Shown here in pieces: positions 1 to 10,225 of a stretch of DNA of 64,000 nucleotides. How positions within the stretch are numbered: position 1 is the stretch's first letter; the number at the start of each line of letters is the position of its first letter. The stretch lies in the NCBI GenBank assembly GCA_964589575.1, contig CAZPSE010000005.1, forward strand, positions 1,611 to 65,610, given 5' to 3'. The notes beneath the pieces are model-generated. The model searched no databases, was not told the origin of the DNA, and was given only the letters and a program-made list of their open reading frames with translations. This stretch comes from an uncultured Gammaproteobacteria bacterium (GTDB lineage Bacteria; Pseudomonadota; Gammaproteobacteria; QNFE01; CAZPSE01). Made by a program: the position numbers and the translations under genes.

Positions 1-468
1 CGCTCTTATCGACGTTATAACTTGCTCAATAAAAGGAATAATATTTTCATTTAATGCGCTGTTTAACATTAAACCGTGCGATAAGTTGTTAATGTCTTCA
101 GACGTACAAGCAAAATGCCAAAACTCGGTTACTTTGTTTAACTCGTCATTAGCGGTAACTTGTTCTTTTAAAAAATATTCTACGGCTTTAACGTCATGGT
201 TTGTCGTAGCTTCTATATCTTTTACGCGCTGAGCATTATCAATGCTAAAGTTGTTAATAATGTTTTCTAAAAAGGCATTGGCATCATCACTAAAAGTAGG
301 CACTTCTGCAATTTGGCTTTCGTTTGCTAATGCTTGTAACCAGCGTACTTCTACTATTACGCGGTTTTTAATTAGTCCAAACTCGCTTAACTTGTCACGT
401 AATGGGGCGGTAACACGGCCGTAGCGACCATCAACAGGAGAAATTGCAGAAAGATTATTAAGTTCCAT
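1..468 (-). CDS. purB: Adenylosuccinate lyase, N-terminal part; the gene runs off the window start
   Basis: Reverse-strand translation from the ATG at 468 gives MELNNLSAISPVDGRYGRVTAPLRDKLSEFGLIKNRVIVEVRWLQ...HFACTSEDINNLSH. This matches the E. coli PurB N-terminus (MELSSLTAVSPVDGRYG...) nearly residue for residue. No stop before position 1. Confidence 0.85.
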   Translation of the reverse strand, partial: MELNNLSAISPVDGRYGRVTAPLRDKLSEFGLIKNRVIVEVRWLQALANESQIAEVPTFSDDANAFLENIINNFSIDNAQRVKDIEATTNHDVKAVEYFLKEQVTANDELNKVTEFWHFACTSEDINNLSHGLMLNSALNENIIPFIEQVITSIRA

Positions 469-667
469 AAGGGATGTTTAGCTAATTTTAAAAAGCGGTA
501 ATTATACCTTAATATGGCGTTATATTTCTATATGAGGATTAGGGGGTATTGCATAAAGTAAATTATTTATTGATTCTAAATGGCAGCTGAACCCAGTCAC
601 CACTTGATGTTAGAAGTATTGGAGGCTACAATAAGTTACAACAATGTTATTACTTTTGGTGGGTGTT

Positions 668-910
668 ATGCAGGCAATACTAAGAAAAATTGGAAACTCT
701 AAAGGGGTGATTATTCCATCGGCTTTTATAGAGCAACTTAATATTAAAGATAGCGTAGAAATACAAATTGACGATGGTGCGATTATTTTAAAACCTGTTC
801 AAAATAAAATACGACAAGGTTGGTTTGATAATTATCAGGCAGACGCTGATGTTGTTCCTTTGTCTGAAATGGTTGAGCTGGAATCTGAACAAGAAGATTG
901 GCAGTGGTGA
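668..910 (+). CDS. MazE/PemI-like antitoxin (AbrB/SpoVT fold)
   Basis: MQAILRKIGNSKGVIIPSAFIEQLNIKDSVEIQIDDGAIILKP matches the MazE/ChpS RWGNS-type motif. A GGTGGG Shine-Dalgarno lies 8 nt upstream of the second ATG; the ORF track starts at 644. It overlaps the downstream toxin gene. Confidence 0.8.
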   Translation: MQAILRKIGNSKGVIIPSAFIEQLNIKDSVEIQIDDGAIILKPVQNKIRQGWFDNYQADADVVPLSEMVELESEQEDWQW

Positions 911-1212
911 AACGTGGCGACGTTTATTGGGTTGAGCTAGACCCTACTGTAGGAACAGAAATAAGAAAGACACGACCTTGTTTGGTTGTTTCACCAGATG
1001 ATATGAATAAGGTGCTACCCAGAGTGATTATTGCCCCAATCACCTCTAAAGGGCAATCGTTTGGTTGCCGGCCAGAGACGACAATTGATGGTAAAAAAGC
1101 CAAAATTTTACTGGATCAAATTCGTACGGTTGATAAAAAACGATTTAAAGGAAAGCTGGGTAATGTACCCCTTAAGCTATGGCATGATACTTTGCTAGAA
1201 ATGTTTGCTTGA
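898..1212 (+). CDS. MazF/PemK-family endoribonuclease toxin
   Basis: VKRGDVYWVELDPTVGTEIRKTRPCLVVSPDDMN...IAPITS is the canonical PemK/MazF fold signature. TTG start overlaps the antitoxin stop by 13 nt. Confidence 0.85.
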   Translation: MAVVKRGDVYWVELDPTVGTEIRKTRPCLVVSPDDMNKVLPRVIIAPITSKGQSFGCRPETTIDGKKAKILLDQIRTVDKKRFKGKLGNVPLKLWHDTLLEMFA

Positions 1213-1397
1213 TGCGAAGCAAAGGTTAAGCAAAATATACTTACACTTTAGTTGTTCAAGTCTTTAATAATATGTCTATAATTCTCTTTTTAACGCTTTA
1301 TTTTAACTTTACATAGCAAGCAAGGGGTCGACAGTTTAGGCTGTTTTAGACACATTTAGCTAAGGCTATAAAAGTGACAATATATTTAGTAAAGGCT

Positions 1398-2771
1398 ATG
1401 GTAAATAAATTTAGAACAGAAAAAGACAGCATGGGTGAGTTACAAGTACCCGCCAATGCCAGTTACGGCGCACAAACCCAGCGCGCGATAGATAACTTTC
1501 CTATTAGTGACTTGGTGTTGCCAAGCAGTATGATAAGGGCGTTAGCATTGTTAAAACATGCCTGTGCCACGGTAAATAAAAATAAACAAAAGCTACCCGC
1601 CAATATAGCCGAGGCGATTCAAAAAGTGGCAGACGATATTGCCAATGGGCAACATCACGACCAATTTCCTATTGATGTATTTCAAACAGGGTCCGGTACG
1701 TCTAGCAATATGAATGCTAACGAAGTGATTGCACACCTTGCGACAAAAAGTGACGCTAAGGTACACCCTAATGACCATGTCAACATGGGGCAAAGCTCTA
1801 ACGATGTCTTCCCATCGGCAATACATATTGCCGCCGTGTTAGATGTGGTAGAAAAACTTATCCCCGCTTTGCAGCACCTGCAATCTATCGTTGCATCTAA
1901 AATGACCGAAGTGAAGGGCATAGTAAAAACAGGCCGTACACATTTAATGGACGCGATGCCGATAACCATGGATCAAGAGTTATCGGGTTGGTTAGACCAG
2001 TTAGTTCATTGTGAAATAGAAGTCACATCGGCATTAGCCAATATTAATCATTTAACATTGGGTGGTACAGCGGTGGGTACAGGTGTAAATACCGATAAAG
2101 ATTTTGGCCCGTTGGTGTGCGAGCAATTAAGTATAAAAACAGATGTTCAGTTTATATCTATGGGCAATTATTTTTCAGGTTTGTCTGCACAAAATGCGGT
2201 TTTACAATTAAGTAGTGCGACCAAACAACTGGCCACCACCTTAATGAAAATATCTAACGACTTACGCTGGATGAACTCCGGCCCACTTGCAGGTTTAGGT
2301 GAAATTGCCCTCCCAGCCTTACAACCCGGTAGTAGTATAATGCCAGGCAAAGTAAACCCCGTGATACCAGAGGCGGTAACCATGGTTGCCGCCCAAGTAA
2401 TTGGTAACGATGCCACCATAACCATTGGCGCACAGTCGGGCAACTTTCAGCTAAATGTTATGTTGCCAGTAATAGCCTACAATTTATTACAAAGCATTAA
2501 TTTATGTGCCACCGCTTGTACTACCTTGGCAGACAAGGCCATAAAAGGTTTTACCGTAAACCACAAAAACATAAACCAAGCGTTAGAGCGTAACCCCATT
2601 TTAGTTACCGCACTAAACGAAGTAATTGGTTATGAAAAGGGCGCGTTAATTGCTAAAAAAGCCTACGCAGAAAATAGAACCGTATTAGACGTAGCATTAG
2701 AAGAAACCGATTTGGACGAAGCGACGTTAAAAGATTATTTAAACCCGTATAAGCTGACCCTTTCAAAATAG
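1398..2771 (+). CDS. fumC: Fumarate hydratase class II
   Basis: Contains the GSSIMPGKVNP fumarase/aspartase signature and the E. coli FumC-like N-terminus (TEKDSMGELQVP...GAQTQR). Length about 457 aa. Start placed at MVNKFRTEKD rather than the upstream ATG in the ORF track. Confidence 0.95.
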   Translation: MVNKFRTEKDSMGELQVPANASYGAQTQRAIDNFPISDLVLPSSMIRALALLKHACATVNKNKQKLPANIAEAIQKVADDIANGQHHDQFPIDVFQTGSGTSSNMNANEVIAHLATKSDAKVHPNDHVNMGQSSNDVFPSAIHIAAVLDVVEKLIPALQHLQSIVASKMTEVKGIVKTGRTHLMDAMPITMDQELSGWLDQLVHCEIEVTSALANINHLTLGGTAVGTGVNTDKDFGPLVCEQLSIKTDVQFISMGNYFSGLSAQNAVLQLSSATKQLATTLMKISNDLRWMNSGPLAGLGEIALPALQPGSSIMPGKVNPVIPEAVTMVAAQVIGNDATITIGAQSGNFQLNVMLPVIAYNLLQSINLCATACTTLADKAIKGFTVNHKNINQALERNPILVTALNEVIGYEKGALIAKKAYAENRTVLDVALEETDLDEATLKDYLNPYKLTLSK

Positions 2772-2794
2772 CCATAAAGTTAAGAAATACCGGA

Positions 2795-3094
2795 TTAACC
2801 ATGCTCTTCCCCGTTAATCAGTGTTTCCTTAGTGTTCCATTGCCACTTGTTAGCCCATAGGTGTTTTTCACGAGGTTTTAATTTTTTAAGTTGGCTCTCG
2901 GCTTTGCAGGCACTGCTCCTGTCTGGGAACACTTGTGCGCCCAAAATTTTGATGGGTTTATTTATTTTTGTAAACTTAGCGCCTTTACCATTAACATGGT
3001 TAGCAAACCTAGCTTCAACATCTACCGAACTACCTGCGTAAGTTTTATTGTTTTCGCATTGCAGTAAATATATCCACCATGTTTTATCGGTCAT
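2795..3094 (-). CDS. GIY-YIG nuclease-superfamily protein (YhbQ/UPF0213-like)
   Basis: WWIYLLQCENNKTYAGSSVDVEARFANHVNGKGAKFTK aligns with the E. coli YhbQ GIY-YIG core. Start placed at the internal MTDKTWW. Confidence 0.75.
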   Translation of the reverse strand: MTDKTWWIYLLQCENNKTYAGSSVDVEARFANHVNGKGAKFTKINKPIKILGAQVFPDRSSACKAESQLKKLKPREKHLWANKWQWNTKETLINGEEHG

Positions 3095-3149
3095 AAAACA
3101 TCGTTTCCGTTGCCTATACGGATGTAGGTACACAGAATTGCAAAGAGCA

Positions 3150-3821
3150 TTATGCGCGCGACCCCTTGGTCTGTTTTGTTACAATTTTAAACTGTATATC
3201 CAGCTTATCTTGTACGGCGATAGCCCCACCCAATATGCTAAAAGGCTCTATTTTAAAGTCGCTTTGTAATATTGCAAATGAACCGCTTATATTAAAACGT
3301 TTATCTACCCACAAACCTTTTGCAGGGATGCTTTTACGTAAAGTAATATTTTGAATAGTGATGTCAGTTAGTAATTTCAAGTTATCCATATCACCGTCTA
3401 CAGATACAACTGATAAGCTAATGGTTGGGTATTTGGCCGCGTTTAGTACATATTTACCAAGCATGTTTTCCATCGTGCCATCTTTATCGCTTTGGCTAAT
3501 ATCACCATCAAATAATGCGCCTGCTTTTGTTCTGTCATCACTATTATCAACCTCTAAATTATGTACTTTAAAAGTTAACGAAGCAGTGGATTTTGATAAA
3601 GGCGTGGCAAGGTTAATTGAGCCAGATATAACATTAATAGAAACGGTGTGATTGTGACCGAGGCGAGAGAGAAAACCCGTTTTATATACCAACACCTTTG
3701 CCCAAGATTTTTTAGGGTCAATGTTTAAGCTTTTATTGTTGTCATTAATGGCTAAATGGTTATCAGCAATACTTAGTGTTGAAAGAAGAATGCTAACTAG
3801 TAAAAAAATAAAATGTTTCAT
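3150..3821 (-). CDS. YceI-like periplasmic polyisoprenoid-binding protein
   Basis: N-terminal signal peptide. Central and C-terminal segments resemble the YceI family (RTKAGALFDGD...AAKYPTISL versus RDAHLKTADFFDVEKFPEATF). Confidence 0.65.
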   Translation of the reverse strand: MKHFIFLLVSILLSTLSIADNHLAINDNNKSLNIDPKKSWAKVLVYKTGFLSRLGHNHTVSINVISGSINLATPLSKSTASLTFKVHNLEVDNSDDRTKAGALFDGDISQSDKDGTMENMLGKYVLNAAKYPTISLSVVSVDGDMDNLKLLTDITIQNITLRKSIPAKGLWVDKRFNISGSFAILQSDFKIEPFSILGGAIAVQDKLDIQFKIVTKQTKGSRA

Positions 3822-3846
3822 GGAATATTTTGTTAAAGCAATATCA

Positions 3847-4135
3847 TTAAGGAAGTCCTGATCAACTAATATCTAGTCTACGTGTTGCTAAACTCGCCCT
3901 ACGGGGCTTAGCCCGTTTTTATCTAGCGTCGTTATGCTTTTTCGTGCCATCAAGATACCACAAAAAAGGTTAAGGATGTTAGATGAAACCTGGGCTAAGC
4001 CCTGCAGGGTAATCTTTCAAATGCGCATCTTCTGCGTTGTGTCCCTTATCAATAGAGTGACCATTGACTGCGGAATACGGCTTGCATTTGCACGCTTGAA
4101 AAATTGCAATTATGCGTAGTTAATTAAGGTTTACT
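3847..4135. repeat. MITE-like repeat, copy A of the TTAAGGAAGTCCTGAT(C/T)AAC inverted-repeat family
   Basis: Begins TTAAGGAAGTCCTGATCAACT. The internal ~250 bp is about 85% identical to 40470..40784. It ends with a degraded inverted repeat (AGTTAATTAAGG). The ORF-track hit inside it is not treated as a gene. Confidence 0.7.
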
Positions 4136-4188
4136 TAATCGGGTCTATTTATGTTTTTTCTAAATTTAACTTAATGGGCAGGGTTGTT

Positions 4189-5424
4189 TTACCATGTGGC
4201 TTGTATTTGTTTTATTAGGTTTATTTGGGCTTCGTCTATTTTAATGGGTATTTGGCTTTTATCTTTGCAATTTTTAGCGATGTCGCCAAAGTTAATGTTT
4301 TTTAGCTGTTTGGGTATAGAGTCAAACATGCTTTTTTGAGGATAGTCTGAATATTCGTGACAGGTTCTGCCTCTGGCATCGGCTTGGCATGCTAGGGTGA
4401 ACTGTTCAAAAAGTTCGGGCTGTTTAATCGCATCAAAAGCTTTAATCACTTTTAATATAGATTTGGCCTTTAACTCGGTTATTTTGTGACAGTGGGTATG
4501 GTATTGGGCGGTTTTAACTGCAAACTTTTTGTATTTACTGGGTATTTTTAAGCGTTCACAAAGTATTTTTATTTCATCCATTCCGCGTTGTTCATGCTTT
4601 TTATGGCTGGGCAGTATCGCTTTGGGTGTAGTGCCTTTGCCCAAGTCGTGGCACAATGCGCCAAAACGCGTTATTGGGTTGTTTGTTTCCCATGCGCAAT
4701 GTTGTAATACCAACATGGTATGTATGCCGCAATCTATTTCTGGGTGCCATTTAAACGGTTGTGGTACACCAAAAAGGCGGTGTATTTCGGGGAATAATAT
4801 TTTTAATGCGCCCACACTTTTTAGTATCTCAAAAAAAACTTGTGGGTTATCAGTTTTAAGGGCTTTTAGGGTTTCTTGCCAAACACGTTCTGCCACTAAA
4901 GCGTTCACTTCGCCATTTTGTACCATGGTTTTCATTAGTTTTAGGGTGTCTTTTTGCACTTTAAAACCTAGGTGATACAATTTGGCGGCAAAACGTGCCA
5001 CGCGCAATATCCTTACGGGGTCTTCGCTAAATGCGCCAGATACATGTTTGATTTTTCGGTTTTTTATATCGTCCAAACCACCCAAGGGGTCGACGAAATT
5101 GCCTGTTTTTAGCTCTTGAGCGATGGCATTTATTGTTATGTCTCGGCGTTGTAAATCTTCTTCTAAGGTTACAGACTTTGTAGCGTCGGTAGTAAAGCCT
5201 GTGTAACCTTTGCCTAACTTTTTTTCGGTACGCGCTAGTGCATATTCTTCTTTTGTTTTAGGGTGCAAAAATACAGGAAAGTCTAAACCAACTTGTTGGT
5301 AACCTTGGTTTAATAATTCGTCTGCAGTAGAGCCGACCACTACCCAGTCTTTATCAACAACGTTTAAACCTAACTGTTGGTCGCGGATTGCGCCACCTAC
5401 TAAATATATTTTTTTTGTTTGCAT
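4189..5424 (-). CDS. cca: Multifunctional CCA tRNA nucleotidyltransferase with HD phosphohydrolase domain
   Basis: MQTKKIYLVGGAIRDQQLGL...DKDWVV polymerase-beta head, plus an HD domain (HDLGK). 411 aa versus 412 aa for E. coli Cca. Confidence 0.9.
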   Translation of the reverse strand: MQTKKIYLVGGAIRDQQLGLNVVDKDWVVVGSTADELLNQGYQQVGLDFPVFLHPKTKEEYALARTEKKLGKGYTGFTTDATKSVTLEEDLQRRDITINAIAQELKTGNFVDPLGGLDDIKNRKIKHVSGAFSEDPVRILRVARFAAKLYHLGFKVQKDTLKLMKTMVQNGEVNALVAERVWQETLKALKTDNPQVFFEILKSVGALKILFPEIHRLFGVPQPFKWHPEIDCGIHTMLVLQHCAWETNNPITRFGALCHDLGKGTTPKAILPSHKKHEQRGMDEIKILCERLKIPSKYKKFAVKTAQYHTHCHKITELKAKSILKVIKAFDAIKQPELFEQFTLACQADARGRTCHEYSDYPQKSMFDSIPKQLKNINFGDIAKNCKDKSQIPIKIDEAQINLIKQIQATW

Positions 5425-5498
5425 AAATAATGTTTACCGTTGTTTATATTATAAATGCTCTATGGTGTTTTTACTGTAAAATCTAATTTTCATTAGTT

Positions 5499-6413
5499 TT
5501 GCCATCTTTTTTGTACCAAATGCATGCACCTATAAATAAAAAAGTTATTTTTGCCTACTTAGGTGTGGTTTTAATTTGGTCTACCACGCCTTTAGCAATT
5601 AACTGGAGCGGTCAAGCCGATCATTTTTTGTATGGTGTGTCTTGGCGTATGGTAATTGGTTTACTGTGTTTGTTAATAATTATGCTAATGACTAAAAAAC
5701 GTTTTGTTTTTAATAAACTCAATATTGCTTTGTACTTTTTTTCTGGGCTTACTTTTTATACCTCTATGATGAGCGTATATTACGGCTCGCAGTTTATTAG
5801 CTCTTCTATTGTGGCATTGGTGTTTGCCTTTTCTACTTTTTTAACCGGAATATTTAGCGCAATATGGCTTAAAGAAAAATCTTTTCCACCGCATAAATTA
5901 ATGGGTTTAATTATTGCCATATTGGGTTTAGTTAGCTTGTTATATAAAACATTAGACAACAGCACGGCATTGTTAATAGGTGTGTTTTGGGTAATGGTGT
6001 CTAATGTTATTTATTCGTTTAGTGGTGTAATGTTTAAAAAGTACACGGTCAATGTTCAGCTAGATGCCATTGTGCTTACCGCCGGCAGTTTAGTGGTTGC
6101 GGTCGTTTTATACGGCATAACCTTATGGTGGGTAGAGGGGCGTTTATTACCCATTAACTACAGCAATAAAATGTTGTGGTCTACGCTGTATTTAGGTGTG
6201 GCAGGTTCGGCTTTGGGCTATGTATTATTTATGTATATATTAAAAAATTTACGCGCTAATCAGGTTTCTTTATTGGCTTTAGTTACGCCTGTTTTTGCTA
6301 TGGCTTTAGGTGCAGCATTAAATAATGAGGTGATTAGTATTAACCAATATATTGGTACCGGTTTAGTATTACTAGGTTTGGTGTTTTATAATTTTAAAAG
6401 GGTCGCAACGTAA
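5499..6413 (+). CDS. EamA/DMT-family permease, about 10 TM helices
   Basis: Highly hydrophobic 304-aa protein with two internally repeated halves, typical of EamA. Its stop overlaps the next start by 1 nt. Confidence 0.65.
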   Translation: MPSFLYQMHAPINKKVIFAYLGVVLIWSTTPLAINWSGQADHFLYGVSWRMVIGLLCLLIIMLMTKKRFVFNKLNIALYFFSGLTFYTSMMSVYYGSQFISSSIVALVFAFSTFLTGIFSAIWLKEKSFPPHKLMGLIIAILGLVSLLYKTLDNSTALLIGVFWVMVSNVIYSFSGVMFKKYTVNVQLDAIVLTAGSLVVAVVLYGITLWWVEGRLLPINYSNKMLWSTLYLGVAGSALGYVLFMYILKNLRANQVSLLALVTPVFAMALGAALNNEVISINQYIGTGLVLLGLVFYNFKRVAT

Positions 6414-8206
6414 TGCAACACATGGCAAGTTATACCGATAAACCCAAAAACAGAGACAACGATTGGGCCAATATTAGGCGCATGGTAACGTATGTTTGGC
6501 ATTACAAAGGTAGAACCATTTTTGCTTTACTTGTTTTAATAATAAGCAAAATGGCCATGGTGGGCGTGCCATTAGTATTAAAAGAAATTATAGACTACTT
6601 AGATGCCGCCAAAGAACATGCCGCCGTATTGCCCGTTGCGCTATTACTAACTTACGCGGTGTTAAAAGTATCGGGTTCTTTATTTAATGAATTGCGTGAT
6701 TTAATTTTTGCCAAAGTCCGCTATCAAGCGATGATTCAACTATCGAGCGAAGTATTTCATCATTTGCATCAACTCGCACTTCGTTATCATTTAGATCGCA
6801 ATACAGGCGCAGTATCGCGAGACTTAGAACGCGGCACGCAAAGCATTAGCTCTATTCTTAACTATTTAATATTTAACATTGTGCCAACCATTGCAGAATT
6901 TATATTGGTCGCCACCATATTAATAATGCAATACAACGCCGACTTTGCCGTAGTTACGTTTGTTACCGTTATCATATATGTTGCCTACACATTAGGTTTT
7001 ACCAATTGGCGCATGCACTACCGGCACGAAATGAACGCGTTAGACTCTAAAGCCAATGGCCGTGCAATAGACAGCTTAATTAACTACGAAACCGTAAAAT
7101 ATTTTAATAATGAACACTTTGAACAACAGCGCTATCAAGAAACATTAGGCGGTTGGCAAGTGGCGGCGGTTAAAAGCCAAACGGCCATGTCGATGCTTAA
7201 CTTTGGACAAGGTTTAATTATTGCTTTGGGCGTGTCGTACGTTATGTACCTGTCTACCCAAGGGGTAATAAATGGAGAATTAAGTTTAGGTGACCTAGTA
7301 CTAATAAACACCATGATGTTGCAATTATTTATGCCATTGGGTTTTTTAGGCGTGGTTTATCGCGCCCTAAAATACGCCATGGCAGACATGGACTTAGTAT
7401 TTAAATTGCTAGATCACGATGTAGAAATTAAAGATAAAAACGGTGCCAAAAAAATAAAAATAACCAACGCAAACATACAATTTAACAACGTGCAATTTGG
7501 CTACCATAAAGATAGAAACATATTAAATGGCATTAGTTTTGAAATTAAACACGGGCAAAAAGTAGCCGTAGTTGGCCCATCGGGGGCAGGTAAGTCTACC
7601 TTGTCGCGTTTGTTATTTCGGTTTTACGACGTGCAAAATGGCAACATAAGCATAGACGGGCAAAACATAAAAAGCGTCACCCAGCAATCGTTACGCCAAG
7701 CAATAGGCATAGTCCCGCAAGATACCGTACTGTTTAACGAAAGCATTTTATACAATATACAATACGCCAACCCCAATGCGACAGAAAGTGACGTGTATAA
7801 AGCTGCAAAAATGGCCGACATACATAACTTTATAAGTGACTTGCCCGAGGGTTACAAAACCATAGTAGGCGAGCGCGGATTAAAACTGTCTGGCGGAGAA
7901 AAGCAACGTGTCGCCATCGCGCGGGTACTACTAAAGCAACCAAAAATATTAATTTTTGATGAGGCCACATCCAGTTTAGATTCACGTTCAGAGGCGGCGA
8001 TTTTATCATCACTAAGTGAACTATCAGACAAGCGAAGCACACTAGTAATAGCGCATAGGCTGTCAACCATTATAGATGCGGATAATATTATAGTGCTGGA
8101 AAAAGGAAGTATTGTAGAGCAGGGCACACACAAAGCACTGTTAAAACAAAAAGGTTTGTATAAATATTTATGGGATTTACAGCAAGAGGAGCAAGATGAA
8201 AAATAG
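6413..8206 (+). CDS. ABC exporter, fused permease and ATPase (ABCB/Atm1/MsbA-like)
   Basis: N-terminal 6-TM domain. Walker A GPSGAGKST, ABC signature LSGGEKQRVAIARVLL, Walker B ILIFDEATSSLD. 597 aa. Confidence 0.85.
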   Translation: MQHMASYTDKPKNRDNDWANIRRMVTYVWHYKGRTIFALLVLIISKMAMVGVPLVLKEIIDYLDAAKEHAAVLPVALLLTYAVLKVSGSLFNELRDLIFAKVRYQAMIQLSSEVFHHLHQLALRYHLDRNTGAVSRDLERGTQSISSILNYLIFNIVPTIAEFILVATILIMQYNADFAVVTFVTVIIYVAYTLGFTNWRMHYRHEMNALDSKANGRAIDSLINYETVKYFNNEHFEQQRYQETLGGWQVAAVKSQTAMSMLNFGQGLIIALGVSYVMYLSTQGVINGELSLGDLVLINTMMLQLFMPLGFLGVVYRALKYAMADMDLVFKLLDHDVEIKDKNGAKKIKITNANIQFNNVQFGYHKDRNILNGISFEIKHGQKVAVVGPSGAGKSTLSRLLFRFYDVQNGNISIDGQNIKSVTQQSLRQAIGIVPQDTVLFNESILYNIQYANPNATESDVYKAAKMADIHNFISDLPEGYKTIVGERGLKLSGGEKQRVAIARVLLKQPKILIFDEATSSLDSRSEAAILSSLSELSDKRSTLVIAHRLSTIIDADNIIVLEKGSIVEQGTHKALLKQKGLYKYLWDLQQEEQDEK

Positions 8207-8301
8207 GCTGTTTTTGTCGACCCCTTTATTTTCTCTATCAGTTATTGAAATATTATTTTCAACGTATTACACTGTCTTACAATATTAATTAAGAGGTATT
8301 T

Positions 8302-8598
8302 ATGTCTTCGTTAACCATTAGATTGGATGATACAAGTAGTGAGTTGTTGGATTTTATTGCTAAAAGCAAACATCAAAGTAAGTCTGAAATTGCACGAAAA
8401 GGCATTTTAGATTATTTAAAAAAACAGCAAAAAATTGAACAACAAAAAGTGTCGTACTTAAAAAAAATTGAAGTATCTTCTAAAAATGACGTAGTTTGCC
8501 GTGTAAACGAGGCGGTGTCTGCAAAGTATTTAACCGATGCCCAATACGAAGACGAGATGAATGCTTTTTTTAATAAAGAACTCGGTTTGATTAGGTGA
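8302..8598 (+). CDS. Ribbon-helix-helix (ParD/CopG-like) antitoxin
   Basis: LTIRLDDTSSELLDFIAKSKHQSKSEIARKGILDYL is a RHH DNA-binding motif. The ORF overlaps the downstream toxin by 4 nt. Confidence 0.6.
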   Translation: MSSLTIRLDDTSSELLDFIAKSKHQSKSEIARKGILDYLKKQQKIEQQKVSYLKKIEVSSKNDVVCRVNEAVSAKYLTDAQYEDEMNAFFNKELGLIR

Positions 8599-8870
8599 AA
8601 ATTGTTGCCAGTTTATTTTATATTGAGCAACTACAAAACATTTTAAGATACATTGCCTTAGATAACCCTTATGCGGCATTGGGTTTTGAAAAAGAACTTA
8701 GCGCAAAGCTTCACCGTGTTAAAGATTCGCCTTTAATGTGTCGCCAATCTATTTACTTTGATAATGGTAATTTTAGAGATTTGATCCATAAGGGTTATAC
8801 CGTTATTTACAAAATAGATAATAGCCAACTTATTTTATTGGACATTTTTAAATGGCAGGGTAGAGCGTAA
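8595..8870 (+). CDS. ParE/RelE-family toxin
   Basis: 91 aa. C-terminal GYTVIYKIDNSQLILLDIFKWQ matches the ParE/RelE core. Translationally coupled to the upstream RHH gene. Confidence 0.7.
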   Translation: MKIVASLFYIEQLQNILRYIALDNPYAALGFEKELSAKLHRVKDSPLMCRQSIYFDNGNFRDLIHKGYTVIYKIDNSQLILLDIFKWQGRA

Positions 8871-8943
8871 ATTTAGGCTAGCTTTATCGTAATTTAGTAC
8901 GTCTTTAGGTAGGTAAAGCCTTATTAAAAGATTACTTTTTAGG

Positions 8944-9005
8944 GCAAGGGGTCTGCACGCATAACGCTCCTGCTATTCTGTGTACCTACTTCCTGTAGGC
9001 AACGA
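8944..9005. repeat. REP-like palindromic element (AAGGGGTC-GCACGCATAA-GCTCC...GTAGGCAAC family), copy 1
   Basis: CAAGGGGTCTGCACGCATAACGCTCCTGCTATTCTGTGTACCTACTTCCTGTAGGCAACG. About 85% identical to 15331..15390 and 45825..45895. Contains the CCTAC...GTAGG hairpin. Lies between convergent gene ends. Confidence 0.6.
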
Positions 9006-9006
9006 T

Positions 9007-9996
9007 TTAGCCCTGTTTTTTACTGCGCTGTGTTTCTTTAAAGGCTTTCTTTTGTTCTCTATGTTTTTTACTTTCGCTTAACACCTCACCACCAATATGG
9101 TGCTCGCCACGGGCTTTAGCAATTTGTACTTGCTTTTCGCGTTGCATAAAACGCGCGCGTTGCGCGTTGGTGGTTTTGTCGTAGCAGGTTGGACAGCTTA
9201 CGCCTTTTTGGTATTTGGGGTTTTGTTTATCCGCTTCGGTTATGGGTAGTCGGCAGGCGTAACATTGGTCGTAACTGCCTTTTTTTAAATTGTGGTTTAC
9301 GCTTACGCGGTTATCAAATACAAAACATTCGCCTTGCCATAAAGACTTTTCTTGTTCGACCTTTTCTAGGTATTTTAATATGCCACCTTTTAAGTGGTAC
9401 ACCTCGGTAAAACCTTGTTCTTTTAAATACGCGGTGGACTTTTCGCACCTTATGCCACCGGTACAAAACATGGCAACTTTTTTATTTTTATTAGGGTTTA
9501 AATTGTCTTTAACGTATTGCGGAAACTGCCTAAAGGTTTCGGTTTTTGGGTCGATGGCATTTTTAAATGTGCCAATAGACGTTTCGTAAGCGTTACGGGT
9601 ATCTATTACGGTTACTTCGGGGTCGGATATTAAATCGTTCCAATCTTCGGGGTTTACGTATGTGCCTACCACTTGGTTGGGGTCGATGCCTTCTATACCC
9701 ATGGTGACAATTTCTTTTTTTAGTTTTACACGGGTGCGGTAAAACGGCATGCTGTCATCGTAAGAGCATTTGTAACGTAAGTCGGCAAGGCGCGTGTCGG
9801 ACTGTAGCCAGTTTAATAAAATAGTTTGAGATGCTTGGCTAGATGCGACCGTACCGTTTATGCCTTCTTTAGCTAATAGCAATGTGCCTTTAATGTCGTG
9901 TTTTAACATTAGCTCTAGCAACGGCTGACGGATTTCTTTGTAGTTGTCTAATATGACAAAGTGGTACAAAGCAGTAATGGCTACTGGGTTGGACAT
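9007..9996 (-). CDS. trhO: Rhodanese-domain tRNA uridine(34) hydroxylase (YceA/UPF0176)
   Basis: Rhodanese active-site loop [14 protein letters not shown]. The overall N-terminal region matches E. coli YceA. Lys-rich C-terminal tail. Confidence 0.85.
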   Translation of the reverse strand: MSNPVAITALYHFVILDNYKEIRQPLLELMLKHDIKGTLLLAKEGINGTVASSQASQTILLNWLQSDTRLADLRYKCSYDDSMPFYRTRVKLKKEIVTMGIEGIDPNQVVGTYVNPEDWNDLISDPEVTVIDTRNAYETSIGTFKNAIDPKTETFRQFPQYVKDNLNPNKNKKVAMFCTGGIRCEKSTAYLKEQGFTEVYHLKGGILKYLEKVEQEKSLWQGECFVFDNRVSVNHNLKKGSYDQCYACRLPITEADKQNPKYQKGVSCPTCYDKTTNAQRARFMQREKQVQIAKARGEHHIGGEVLSESKKHREQKKAFKETQRSKKQG

Positions 9997-10073
9997 AGCA
10001 GTTTCCCTGTGTTCGGCGAGCTGAAACGTAAATTCAGTGCGTGTTTGGAAGCCCAGTTAATTAGGACTTCCTT
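9985..10073. repeat. Partial MITE-like element ending in the AGTTAATTAGGACTTCCTTAA inverted repeat
   Basis: A terminal 21-mer matching the family inverted repeat sits at about 10053..10073. Only one end is recognisable. Confidence 0.45.
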
Positions 10074-10225
10074 AAAAAAACGGTATTATAACTATTTTTG
10101 GTTTATTAAGGAGATTCTGATTAACTGGAATTTTCAAACGATTAGCGTTAAGCATTGCTCGTTTTGGTGTTTTTTCGTCGACCCCTTGTGTAAAATACGG
10201 GTTAATAAAAAATGAATATAAAACT

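Noticed and set aside
242-424. 60-aa plus-strand ORF
   Set aside because: It lies entirely antisense within the purB coding region, which has a strong homology signal.
1593-2443. Three minus-strand ORFs of 77-95 aa (1593..1826, 1682..1969, 2168..2443)
   Set aside because: They are antisense to fumC, a high-confidence gene, and show no independent features.
3934-4119. 61-aa ORF inside repeat copy A; the equivalent reading frame exists in copy B
   Set aside because: It falls within a MITE-like element whose copies differ by frame-breaking changes. No start context.
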